Assembly (NCBI GenBank): GCA_012295275.1
Contig: CM022677.1
Location: 19,468,001 to 19,532,000, forward strand
Reading direction: 5' to 3'
Origin: Chrysomallon squamiferum
Lineage: Eukaryota > Animalia > Mollusca
DNA length: 64,000 bases
Shown here piece after piece: positions 50,284 to 64,000 of the stretch (positions are counted from its first letter, which is position 1; the number at the start of each line of letters is the position of its first letter). The notes under the pieces were generated by a model that worked only from the letters and a program-made list of their open reading frames with translations, had not been told where the DNA came from and searched no databases. The position numbers and the translations under genes were made by a program.

Positions 50284-50780
50284 TACTGTTCAAATGTGCT
50301 AAACTGTTGGAACAGTATATAACATATCTCCATAAGTATAACTGATATAAAGTCACACACACCTATTCAGTGATGACGTTACAGATAGACTAATCTACAG
50401 CTTGTCACAATAAATGTTGATGACACAAAGACACACACACACACACAGACAGACACATTATATTCCAATCCTAGATCTGCCAATCTGCAGCATTATCTAA
50501 ACTGACATACAGACGTGAATACAGACATGAATTCAGAAATGAATATTATCTTTCTATCTCTCTGTCTTTCTTATTTTTGTTTATCTCTTCCTCTTTCATG
50601 CTCTGTCTCATTCTATTATTCATTCTTTTTAATTCTGACATTCTCTCTTTCTTGCTTTCCTTCTTATTCCTATATTTTCTTCCTCTTTCTCTCTAGTCCC
50701 CTTCTCTCTTTCATTACTAATTTCTCCCTTTCTGTTCCAGTCTCTTTCATTACATATTTCTCACAATCTGCTACCAGTAT

Positions 50781-50887
<107 letters not shown>

Positions 50888-52023
50888 ATAATTCACACAC
50901 AGACACACAATCTCGCACCTGTCAGTTTGATGGTGCACCAATCTGTGAGCTGTCTCTATTAATAAAGGGACACACAGAGAGACAAATATGAATCATGTCA
51001 GAGGCTGTCATGTGTGCTGAAGTTGATCAATAAAACGTCACAACGCGACGACATCTCCACTGCGATAATTTCACTCTCACAGCGAGGCTCCGCAAGAAAC
51101 TTCAGTCAGTGCAACTGTTACACACAACCAGCTCAGTAGTAACAACACTGTTATTATTGTTATTACTGTTATTATTATTGTTATTACTGTTATCATTATT
51201 ATTATTGTTAGTGTTATTATTATTGTTAGTGTTATTTTTATTGTTAGTGTTATTATTGTTGTTATTATTATTGTTATTACTATTATTATTAGTAGTAGTA
51301 TTATTATTGTTGTTATTGTTATTATTATTATTATTGTTAGTGTTATTATTGTTATTATTATTACTGTACTGCTTATTATTGTTATTATTATTATTGTTAA
51401 TGTTATTATTGTTATTGTTATTACTGTTATTGTCATAATTGTTATTATTATTGTTGTTGTTATTGTTATTATTGTTATTATTAGTTATTGTTGTTTTTGT
51501 TATTATTATTATTACTGTTAATGTTACTATTGTTATTTTTATTATTGTTGTTATTATTGTAATCATTATTATTATCATTATTGTTATTATTTTATTTTAT
51601 TATTGTTTGTGTTACTACTATTACTATTGTTGTTGTTGTTACTGCTGTTTGTAGTAATAGTAATATATCAACAATCAGATGAAAGAAAAGAACAATTGTA
51701 ACTGTAGACAGTCACACAAATAACAGTACCAAAGATGGAAAGAAAAAAGAAAGAATAAATAAAAGAGGGAAACAAGAAGGAATAAAAATAATAAAAAAAT
51801 ATATATATATATATCAAAACCAATATGTTCCTTTTTTCATTGCCTTTCAAAAATATCCAAAAAAAACCATCATCACTGTCAACACACGATGACATCGACA
51901 ACTGCACCATCATTCATCATCGCTGCCACTACATCAACATCAACAGCCACAACGTCGATGTTGAAAGAAATCTGAGTGACACGAGGGACAGATAGGAAGT
52001 AGAAAGAAATTAAATTTTCAGAA

Positions 52024-52058
<35 letters not shown>

Positions 52059-52568
52059 AATTACCGCAATCAACCTCATTGATTTTCTTAAATTTCTTCT
52101 TCCTCTTACTTTTTTCTTATTTTTTTTTATATTCTATTTCTTTCTCTTTTTTTTTAAATGATTTCTGCCCTTTAGGCAATATTCTATTCATTCCAGCCAA
52201 AGATCTTTGGATTTCAATTTTTTTTTCTTTTTTTGACCATTAAATAAATGGCTTTTTAAGTTCTTCCTTTTTTCGTGAACTTTTCTCGGGTTTTTTTTTT
52301 TTTTTTTTTTTTTTTTGCGGTTCGTTAGGTGTTTTTGCGGTTTCTGCGAGGACCTGGTTATTCAGTGGTAATGGTTGGTTAGGTCAAGGTATTTAAAATT
52401 CATCAGCACGGATCAGGTTTGAAGGAATGTCCTTTTCCTTTCAGCTGGCACTGAACTGGGTTTTTAATTTATATGGAAAGCGATTTGGACAAAATCAAAT
52501 GTAAAAAAGAAAAAAAAAAAAAGAAGAGATTGTTGATGCTAATGGCAAACTTAAGAGGATGAAAGATT

Positions 52569-52620
<52 letters not shown>

Positions 52621-52813
52621 AATAAGAGGTTATGGGGATATTCATTTATTTATATATATATATATAATAAAAAGATAGAAAAAATTAAAGTGACACACAA
52701 ACAGAAACAGAGATACACAAATACATATATATAGAGAGAGAGAGAGACATAGAGATTCAGAGACACTGAGAAAGAGAGAGAGAGACAGAGGAGAGAGAGA
52801 GAGAGAGAGAGAC

Positions 52814-52858
<45 letters not shown>

Positions 52859-53979
52859 AATATATATATATATAAAGAGAGATATATATATATATGAATG
52901 AATTCAACTTTTTTTCTTTATTTTTACCATCATCAGCTCCTTTCAACCTGTCCCCTCTTTTTAACGCGATCCACGATAAACGTGTCCCTCTTTTCTATCA
53001 TCCACTTAACAACCACATTTCACTCATGTACTCTTTCCTCTTACCACCCCCCCCCTTCCATTCATCCCCCTCCATAATCTGCCCTTGATAACATGAACAC
53101 CTCTGCAACAAGTAAACACACCTGTGTACTAATTAAACACATTTTTTTTTTTTCATCATTTTTGTGTCTCTCCACCCAAACATCTATTATGTCTTCTTGC
53201 CGACCCTCTATTCCATCCATTCCACCCCCCTCCATAATCTGCCCTTGAAGACACAGGACACCTCTGGAACAAGTAAACATACATGTGCACTAATGAAACA
53301 CACACATTTTCTCAGTTCACCAATAAACAGTAAAATCACTTCCACCTCTGAACCTAACCAAACAAGCAAAACAAAACAAAACAAAACAAAACAAAACAAA
53401 ACGAATCAATGAAATCATTTAAAACTTGAGGCCTGAATCTGGCAGGAATCCCTGATCACACAAAAGGAATAAAAGTAAAAAAGAAAAAAACACGGAGTTT
53501 AAGGAATAATAAAAAAAAAAAAAAAAGAATTGAGAGATGAAGGAATAAAGGAATCGAGCAGGAGAGCAAGAGAGAGAGATGAAGGTATGAAGAAATACAG
53601 AAAGAGCGAAGAGATAAAGGAACAAGGGAATGTACGAAGAAGGGATATAAATGAAACTGAGTGACGGATGAAGGAATAAAGGAATACAACAGCAACTGAG
53701 TGAAAGAAAAAAGAATATAAAAAGAATTGAGTGAAAGATGAAAGAATAAAAGAAACTGAGTGAGAGATTAAGAAATAAGACTGAAAGAAAGCTAGATGAA
53801 GGATTACAATAGGATTACAAGTGACATAAGGATGAAATAATTGTAATAGCAACTGAGTGAAAGATGAAGGAATGCAAGACAAAAGAATAAAGGAGTAAAA
53901 TATATATTTTTTTTATTTCTTCCTTAGTCACAACTTAACATACTGTAATGCAGAATCAAAGTAGAAATTCTGGTCACCA

Positions 53980-54027
<48 letters not shown>

Positions 54028-54294
54028 CTTCCTTTGTGTGTGGGGGAGTGTGCATGGGTGATTTTGTGTAGATGTATATGTGGGTATGTCTGTCTATATG
54101 TTTGTGTGTAGGTGTTTGTGTTTAGGTATACGTGTGTGTCTGAATGTGTGTGTGTGTTTGTGTGTTTAGGTATACGTGTGTGTGTCTATGTGTGTGTGTG
54201 TGTTTGTGTGTCTATGTGTGTGTTTGTGTGTGTTTGTGTGTGTGTGTTTGTGTGTCTGTGTGTGTGTGTTTGTGTGTGTGTCTGTGTGTGTGTC

Positions 54295-54368
<74 letters not shown>

Positions 54369-54899
54369 AACATGCTGTTTGTGTGTGTGTGTGTGTCTCC
54401 TGACAAAATGTTAAACATGTGTGTGTGTTTAATTAGTGTTAATGAGTCTTTGTGACATTAACAGTAATCAATGTTAAAACACCCACAGAGGAAAAACAAC
54501 AAAAAACAATTAGAAAGTTTAGATTAGTCCTTTGTTTGGAATAATAAATGTGTTTGATTCTGAAATGAGAACAGGCAGACTGTTCACACATACAAACAGA
54601 AATACAGATATACACACACAATCACACACACAAAGACAGACAGACAGACACACACAGACACAACAACACACACCCACACAGACACACACACCAATACAAC
54701 AACTACAACAACCATCACAAACAACAACGTCACAAACAACTACAACAACCACAACAACCACCATAACAATCATCAACAACCATCACAAACAACCACAACA
54801 ACCATCAGAAACTAAAAAACAACAAAAAACAATTAAAAGATCACAAACAACCACAACAACCATCACAAACTTTGGAATAACAACTAAAACTACAACGAC

Positions 54900-55620
54900 A
54901 ACCATCACCACCATTCATAAACTCATCATCTCCCATTGACTTATTACAAACTGCCAGACCCCACATCACAACAACAACCATTACAACAACAGCAAACACA
55001 TGAACTCATCATCATCACCCACTAACTTATTAAAAACAGCCAAACATCAACACCATAACAACAACCACAGACAACCATCACAAACAACTACACACAACTA
55101 CAACCACAACCATTCATGAACTCATCATCATCATCTCCCACTGACTTATACTAAAACTGCCAGTGACACCACAACAACTACAACAACAACAACCATCACA
55201 AACAACCACAACAACCACAACCATCACTAACCACAACTACCACAACAACAACCACAACCATTCATGAACTCATCATCATCATCTCCCACTGACTTATACT
55301 AAAACTGCCAGTGACACCACAACAACTAAAAACAAACAACCATCACAAACAACTACAACAACCATCACAAAAACTACAACAACCATCACAAACAACAACT
55401 ACCACAACCATCACAAACAACAACTACCACAACAACAACCTCCTCCACCATTCATGAACTCATCATCATCACCCACTGACTTATTACAAACAGCCAGCGA
55501 CATCACAACAACCACAACAACCATCACAAACAACAACAACAACAACAACGACAACCACAACCACCATTCATGAACACATCATCACCCACTGACTTATTAC
55601 TAAAACTGGCAGTGATACCA
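54900..55620. repeat. Complex repeat: ~6 copies of a ~55-bp core separated by (ACA/ACC)n spacers
   Basis: Core CATTCATGAACTCATCATC(ATC)n.CCCACTGACTTAT..AAACTGCCAG. Confidence 0.85.
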
Positions 55621-55648
55621 GTGGCTGTTGAGAGTGGAAGTTAAGTGA

Positions 55649-55847
55649 CCAATGGCAGTATGAGAGAGCTGGTTAGCTCACAGATCAATGAGACATATAA
55701 AAAGTATTGCACACATGCAGAAACTCTCTGTATGTCACACACACACAGGGAAAACTCTCAGTGTTGTCTGTCTGTCTGTGTGGCGTTTGCGTGTGGAAAG
55801 GTTTTTTAATGTGCTGAGAGGTATTTTTCTGTGAGAGACAGGTAAGA
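55649..55847 (+). promoter_or_regulatory. Candidate Pol II promoter and first exon of a gene nested antisense in the large CEP78 intron
   Basis: CCAAT at 55649-55653, TATAAAAAG at 55696-55704, unique non-repetitive sequence, strong donor CAG|GTAAGA after 55841. Confidence 0.5.
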
Positions 55848-56819
55848 TTGAAGATTTATACTTTCTCTTTTAATTGGTGAAGGTTAGCTGTTGTTAGGTT
55901 TTTTTTAAATTCAGATGTGTGATTCTTTTTTTTTTTTTTTTTGTTTTTTTTCTTAAAGAAATCTTTTTTTAATCTTTCTGTGGGTTTGTAGACATTTTTT
56001 TTTTTGAATAAAGTGTTATTTTTTTTTTGGGGGTACTTTCTTTAACAAAACAATTTCTGTGTTAGTCTGTAGTGGTAAGATACCATTTATTGAGTGTTTT
56101 ATTATTATTATTTTTATTTTATTTGGTTGTCTCTATTGGTAAAAACTGTTTGTGTTAATCTAAAGAAGTAAAAGAAAATTCAGCATACACTAGTAGGATA
56201 TCATTTTATATTAGTGTGTACACTAGTTTATGTTAGTGTACACTAGTTTATGTTAGTGTACACTACTTTATGTTAGTCTACAGTGGGGTACACTTTTTGT
56301 GTCAGTCTACACTGGATAGATAACATTTCTGTGTTAGATATCTGCAACAAAATTCAGTTTGGTACGAAATTCAACTCAGAATTTTTATTTCTTATCTTGA
56401 TCTAGTTCATTATTTCTACCTGTGCTACTACTACTGCTTGTAATACTACTACTACTGCTACTACTACTACTATACTACTACTACTACTACTATTACTTTG
56501 CTAATATTAATATATTATTATTTCTAGTAATACTATTACTGTTGTTTTTATTTCTTCTGTGACTGTTATTATTACATATACCACTACTACAACTATTGTT
56601 ACTACTACAACTACTACTGTTACTTTTATTAACATTATACTGTTACTATTACTACTACAGCTACTACTACTACTGAACTGCTTCCACTATGACTAACATT
56701 ATCAGTACTAAATCTATTCATTAATAATAATAACAATAACAATAACAATAACAATAATAATAACAATCATAATAACAATAATAACAATAACAATAATAAT
56801 AACAATAATAACAATAACA

Positions 56820-56861
<42 letters not shown>

Positions 56862-57225
56862 GTAATAATAACAATTCTAATAATAGTAGTAGTAATAATA
56901 ATAATTAATATAACATTAACAACAACATGAACATTTTTTTTATTTATTTTTAAAATCTTAACAAAACTTTTTTATTTCAATAACAACCCCCACAAAAAAA
57001 AACGTAACGAAACAAACTCTAAAACACATCCAACAACAAAACTACTGAAACAAAATAACAATAATAAAAAAAATATATACAAAAAGAGAAAACAACATCA
57101 TTTCTCTGATCATCCCTGCAAATTTGTTTCTTAAACAATTGTTCGCTTAATTAACAACTTCTTGTTTATGTGTCGTGAATCGATATTCATAATTCTGACG
57201 AACTGCTGCATGGTTATGTCATACG

Positions 57226-58130
57226 ATCTATTTGTGCTAATTAATTTCTTCATCCTGTTAATTTGAGAAATTATTACTACAAACTCTATTTGTACCACAC
57301 AATATTGAAAATTAATTTTATATTATATAAAACAACTGCATCCTGAAAATTACTTAATATACTGTCACACGATCTATTTGTGCTAATTAATTTCTTCATC
57401 CCTGTTAATTTGAGAAATTATTCCTACAAACTCTGTTTGTACCACACAATATTGAAAATTAATTTTATATTATATAAAACAACTGCATCCTGAAAATTAC
57501 TTAATATACTGTCACACGATCTATTTGTGCTAATTAATTTCTTCATCCTGTTAATTTGAGAAATTATTACTGCAAACTCTATTTGTACCACACAATATTG
57601 AAAATTAATTTTATATTATATAAAACTACTGCATCTTGAAAATGACTTAATATACTGTCATACAATCTATTTGTGCTAATTAATTTCTTCATCCCTGTTA
57701 ATTTGAGAAATTATTACTGCAAACTGTGTTTGTACCACACAATATTGAAAATTAATTTTATATTATATAAAACAACTGCATCTTGAAAATGACTTAATAT
57801 ACTGTAACACGATATATTTGTGCTAACAAATTTCTCAGGTCTTTTTAGTTTGGAAATCATTTATCGAGCCCTATTTTTGTCATATACAATATTGAAAATT
57901 GTTTTTATATTACATAAAAACAACTGCATCGTGAAATTACTTAATATACTGTCACATGATACCTTTGTGTTAATAAAGTTCTTGGTCTTTTTGTTATAGG
58001 GAAGAGTTACTCAAAACCCTTGTTCTTGTCATGAAATACTGAAAATTAATTTGATATTACAGAAAATAACTTTTATGTTGAAATTACTTCATACACTGTT
58101 ACATAATATCTTTGTGATAACAAACTTCTA
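57226..58130. repeat. 146/147-bp tandem repeat, 4 well-conserved units then ~2 decaying units
   Basis: AT(C/A)TATTTGTGCTAA at 57226, 57372, 57519, 57665, 57812. Confidence 0.93.
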
Positions 58131-58214
58131 GATTTTTTTTTTATACTACAAGCAAAAATTACTCAAACCCTGTAATGTATGAAATTAATTTTACATCATC
58201 TTATGTAATTTTAT

Positions 58215-59030
58215 GTTGAAAATACTTGATACATTGTTAAGTTGAAAATACTTGATACATTGTTACTAACTGAAAATATTTGATACACTGATACTAACTG
58301 AAATGACAATACATTGTTATTAAGTTGAATATATTTGACATCTTGTTCTTAAGTTGAAAATACTTGATACATTGTTATTAAGTTGAATATACTTGATATA
58401 TTATTAAGCTAAAAATACTTGATACATTGTTATTAAGTTGAAAATACTTGATACATTGTTATTAAGCTGAAAATACTTGATACATTGATATTAAGTTGAA
58501 AATACTTGATATATTATTAAGTTTAAAATACTTGATACATTGTTATTAAGTTGAATATACTTGATATATTATTAAGCTGGAAATACTTGATACATTGTTA
58601 TTAAGTTGAAAATACTTGATACATTGATATTAAGTTGAAAATACTTGATACACTGTTATTAAGTTGAATATACTTGATATATTATTAAGTTGAATATACT
58701 TGATACATTGTTATTAAGTTGAAAATACTTGATACATTGTTATTGAATATTGAAATGATATATTATTAAGCTGAATATACTTGTTATTATTAAGCTGAAA
58801 ATACTTGATACATTGTTATTAAGCTGAAAATACTTGATACATTGTTATTAAGTTGAAAATACTTGATACATTGTTATTAAGTTGAAAATACTTGATATAT
58901 TATATTAAGTTGAAAATACCTGATACATTTTTTATTAAGTTGAACATTCTTGAATATATATATTAAAAAAATTGAATATAAATTTTGATACATTGTTATT
59001 AAGAATTTTGATATACTTGATACATTGTTA
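58215..59030. repeat. 29/26-bp minisatellite
   Basis: Unit TTGATACATTGTTATTAAGTTGAAAATAC and a 3-nt shorter variant. Confidence 0.93.
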
Positions 59031-59182
59031 ACATCAAATTATTAAATTATTAAATATACAGATAGACAGACAGAAAGACAGATAAATACAGATAGATAGA
59101 TAGAGACAGATAAGTATTAAAAAAACTAATACAATGTATTTATCACAAGTTATGCTGAAAGTTCTGTGTGCTGAATAATTAG

Positions 59183-59257
<75 letters not shown>

Positions 59258-59805
59258 AAAGATACAGAAACAAAAAAGAAAAGAATAAATGGACAAAGAT
59301 TATAAGATGTGAAAAAAGGAAAAGAGAAAGTGAGAAGACAAATCTGAGAGAATAATTAACTAAAAATGTGACAAGGAGATGGATGACAGCAAGAAGAACT
59401 TTTCTGTTGAATAATGAACAGTTTGTAAAGCAGACACAATCTAATTACCAACAGTGAAATGTGACACAACATAAAGCACACCGCACAGTTTAAAACTAGT
59501 ATCAAGTTTTATGTATGCAAATTAGTCGAATACTTGCTGAACTGTCCTTCCTCCCACACACACAGACACACACACATACAGACCTCCCCAATGTACGTAA
59601 GATACATACAACAATATACATTCTTAAACACACCAAAGTACATGTTTATATACACACACAGACCACATGCATGTATACATACGTATGTATTGATATAGAA
59701 GTATACACACTCTATCATATACACAAAAACTTATACGCACATATACACACACATGCACACATCCAAACATACACACATATAGAGATATAGAGACACAACA
59801 GACAC

Positions 59806-59842
<37 letters not shown>

Positions 59843-60045
59843 AATGCACACACACATATAAAACAGACACAACAAACACCCCAATATATATATATATAAA
59901 CACACACACATACATAGATGAATACATGTACATATACACAAACCATCACTCACAGACACACACACATACATACAAATTGCTCGATACCTATCACACAGAC
60001 ACACCCATCACACACCCAAGAAACACACACCCAAAACACCCCTCC

Positions 60046-60078
<33 letters not shown>

Positions 60079-60319
60079 TCACACAAAACCACACAAGACA
60101 GCTAGACACACAGAGACACACAAAAACACGTGAATGAGAGTAATGAAAACGTATTTAGGCTTCTTGTTCGGATCAGTTTCAGTGAATCACTTTTTCCATT
60201 CACATTCAGTTAATCAATATGCATGCAACTGACCCAAAACTGGTCAAAATAATTACTTCTTTTTTTTTTTTTTTTTCGAACAAACTGACGTCAAGATAGA
60301 TATATCTGAATAATTGTGT

Positions 60320-60543
<224 letters not shown>

Positions 60544-60934
60544 GAAAAAATAAAATATAATGAAAAACACAGAGTACAAATTACCAAATTAGTTAAGGGA
60601 TGAATGAATGAATATTTAATTAAAAAAACCTGGAAAATAATTTCAAACATTATCATTTAACACAAACAATGTCCAACCCCAAAATTTCTAACAACAGTTG
60701 GTCATCAAAACTGCATTATGAGCTCTAAGCAGTTTTGATCCTGCTTCCAATCACAGCCAAGCTACATTTGTGTACAGATCTGAGCAGCTGTCTGATAAAA
60801 ATTAATCATCGAATCGTCCAGTTACCAGAACAAAATGATAAACCCTTGAGACGGTAATTGCATTCGTAATTAGATTATTTTTATTATTCATTGATGTGTC
60901 CTACAAGCATATTGCTCTGTTTAGATGTGTGTGC

Positions 60935-61040
<106 letters not shown>

Positions 61041-61577
61041 AGGGAAGGGATGAGAAAAGGTGATGGGGGTGTAGAAAAAGAGAGAAAGATAGAGAGAGAG
61101 AGAGATGGAAGGAGGGTTGTAGAAAGACAGATGGAAGTAGGAAGGAAGAAAGAGGAGGAGAGTGAGAGAAAGAGAGAATAAAAGGAAAAGAGTGAGGAAG
61201 AGAGAAAAAGAGAAAGAAATAGGCAGAGAGAAAGAAAAGAGGGATAGAAGAGAGAGAGAAAGGTAGGAGAGATAGAAGTAGAAAGAGAGAGAGAGGAAGA
61301 GAGAAAGAGACAGAGAAAGGAGAAAGATACAGAAGAATGGAAAGAGAGAAGGAAGAAGAAGGAAGGTAAGAAATAGAGGGCAGAAGAATGAAAGAAAGAG
61401 GGAAAGAGAGAAGGGAGGATGAATAAAGACACTGAGATGCAGAAAGAAATGGAAAAAAGGAGAGACAAACATAGAACGAAAAAGATAAATATTGTTTGAA
61501 TATTAATAGATATAAATAACCAATAAATAAATAATAATAATCATAATGCTGCTACTACTGCTACTACTGCTGCTACA

Positions 61578-61609
<32 letters not shown>

Positions 61610-61710
61610 AACTACTACTACTACTACCAATCATAATAATATAAAAAATTAAATAAATAAATAATTCAATAACCTAACCTAACTACAACACAAAATCAGT
61701 CGAGTTCATT

Positions 61711-61758
<48 letters not shown>

Positions 61759-62141
61759 TCTCTCTGGGGTCAGTAAAGAAGTGGGGAAACCTTTTTGAAC
61801 CACTGTTTTCTGTGACATTTGGTATTTAAGTCTCAAAGCTTTCTAGGTCTGAAGTGGTCATGTCAAAGCACTGTGTTGTTTTTCCTTTGATGTTCTTTGT
61901 TTTGCTATATGCTGTTTGTCTCCTGGGGGAAAACTAGGAAGAATGAACCCACAGAGTGAAATAAAATAATAATAAAAAAAAAATCTTTTGAGGATTAAGG
62001 CAGAGAGAGTAATGGACAGGGAGCAAGGATATATATCTATGTATGTGCACACACCCACACAACTACAGATGTATAATTTCATTTTAAAAAGAGAGAGATA
62101 ACCAGAGAGATATAGAAGAAAGCGAGAGAAAAAAGAAAAAA

Positions 62142-62222
<81 letters not shown>

Positions 62223-62321
62223 CACAATGGATATGTAAATATGCACAAAACCTGACAGACAGATAGAGATGTACATACAGAATTTCATTTTTGAGAGAGA
62301 GAGATAGAAGAGAGATCAAGA

Positions 62322-62383
<62 letters not shown>

Positions 62384-62620
62384 GCAGAGAAGAAGGTAAA
62401 GCAACAGATAGACAAACTGAAACAAAGAGCGACAAACACTAACCAAAAGACAGAGACAGAGACAGACAGAAGGATGGATGGAAGAATGGATGGATGAACA
62501 AACAAACAAAACAAACAAAAACAAACAGCACAAAAAACAAAACAAAAAAAAACAAAGAAAAAAATTGATTATTTTTAACACAAACAAATGTTTCTCCATT
62601 CTTTACTCCATTCCCTTCAG

Positions 62621-62647
62621 GCTTCGCCGTTACCATGGTGACAATTA
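62621..62647 (+). other. Candidate 27-nt exon carrying a start codon (ATG 62635), possibly exon 2 of the nested gene
   Basis: Long polypyrimidine acceptor TTCTTTACTCCATTCCCTTCAG, Kozak ACCATGG, donor A|GTGAGT. Confidence 0.3.
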
Positions 62648-62928
62648 GTGAGTGGACACTACTACCACTACTACTACTACAAACAAACAAACTATTTATG
62701 AGTTTACACTGACCCTGGTCAGTAATGAATCTCTGGCCAAATGGACACAGGGAGCTGACATTACAGAGCAAACAGACTGAAAGTAATGGCTGGTAGCAAT
62801 CAATGCTGGCAAGAACCGCAAACAACCAACTAAAGAGCAATAACGTGGTCCTTTGCGGTTCTTTGATTATATATAGGAGTGTGTACACTGAACTCATGCA
62901 GATAATAATATATATAGATATATATATC

Positions 62929-62967
<39 letters not shown>

Positions 62968-62986
62968 ATACACATACATATATGTG

Positions 62987-63205
62987 GTGTCATACATTTG
63001 TAGTTTTTATGCTGTCATACATCTATGGTTTCTAAGGTGTCATACATTTGTGGTTTTTATATTATCATACATTTGTGGTTTTTATATTGTCATACATTTG
63101 TGATTTTTATATTGTCATACATTTTTGGTTTTTATATTGTCATACATTTGTAGTTTTTATATTTTTGTGTTTCTGTATGTTGACATACATCTGTGGTTTC
63201 TGTTA
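62987..63205. repeat. 25-bp minisatellite (~7 units)
   Basis: Unit TGTCATACATTTGTGGTTTTTATAT. Confidence 0.9.
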
Positions 63206-64000
63206 TGTTATATTTCCGTGGTGTCTACAGTGTTATGTTTTTGTGGTTTTTATGGTGTTGTCATACATGTGACATGGAATTAAAATCATTCGTAGGTTAC
63301 TCTTTTTCAAATAACAACAAAAATACCTCTTTTTAGTGCATGTTATTAGAGAAATACGAAAACAGAAATAACAGTTAAACAATGTAATAAATATATAAAC
63401 ACACGAACATGAAAACATTAAAAATCCACAAAAAATAAAAAACACATATACATACATAAATAAAAACAATCATAAAATCACACACACAGAAATACATACT
63501 AAAAACACATACAACTCCAAAAAACAGAAAAAAAGGACAAAAAAAAATACTTACAAGAAAAAACACACAAACACCCACAGAAATATAATCACATACACAT
63601 ACACATGTAAACAAAACAACCAACAACAACAACAAAAAAAAAAACAGCTGAAAAGCCCCCAAATCGTTAAAAAACTAATTTGTGACCCCTCACACTGAAT
63701 CAAGTCTTATGACAAATGATGGCCACATACTGAATGTTTGCCAGCAATTGTGACAGAGAAATTTTAGATTTTGATATTTTGATAAAAATCAATTTAAATA
63801 CAAATGTATATATATATCACACACACACACACACACACACACACATCTTATCACTTAGATTCAGTTATGAAATCAATAGATATTTATCCTGAAAGAGGAA
63901 ATGTTTGAACACTTTGATGCACACTGTTATTTTCTTGTTGCCTCAGTTTCTGAACATTTGACAGAGAATCTTTTTTACCGAAAGTACCAGCTGCCACTTT

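Noticed and set aside
54900-55620. Conserved core with variable spacers, superficially CRISPR-like
   Set aside because: The spacers are low-complexity (ACA/ACC)n expansions rather than unique sequences, and the cores vary in length.

Overview
AT-rich, microsatellite-dense eukaryotic DNA from an animal (invertebrate; mollusc-like by inference). Almost all six-frame ORFs are translations of simple repeats. What I can support: (1) a ~5.4-kb direct segmental duplication (410-5767 / 8429-13823), each copy carrying a single-coding-exon gene (1991-2992, 10745-11623) for a PD-(D/E)XK restriction-endonuclease-fold protein with HsdR-N/CR-REase-type motifs. The two coding sequences have diverged more than their non-coding flanks, mostly by amino-acid replacements. 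This is the best candidate for an undescribed system. (2) A decayed multi-exon minus-strand gene (~14560-18800) with a duplicated unknown domain and a broken PHD-like finger, head-to-head with (3) an intact two-exon TMEM267 (19217-20543). (4) The 3' part of CEP78 on the minus strand (11 exons, 24343-42404). Three of these exons have frame anomalies that look like assembly errors, and the 5' exons lie beyond the window across a >21-kb intron that contains a candidate nested plus-strand promoter and first exon (~55650-55841). (5) Many minisatellites, two of them amplifying CEP78 splice donors, a ~300-bp inverted repeat pair and local duplications. All identifications come from motif reading and remembered homology; no searches were run.
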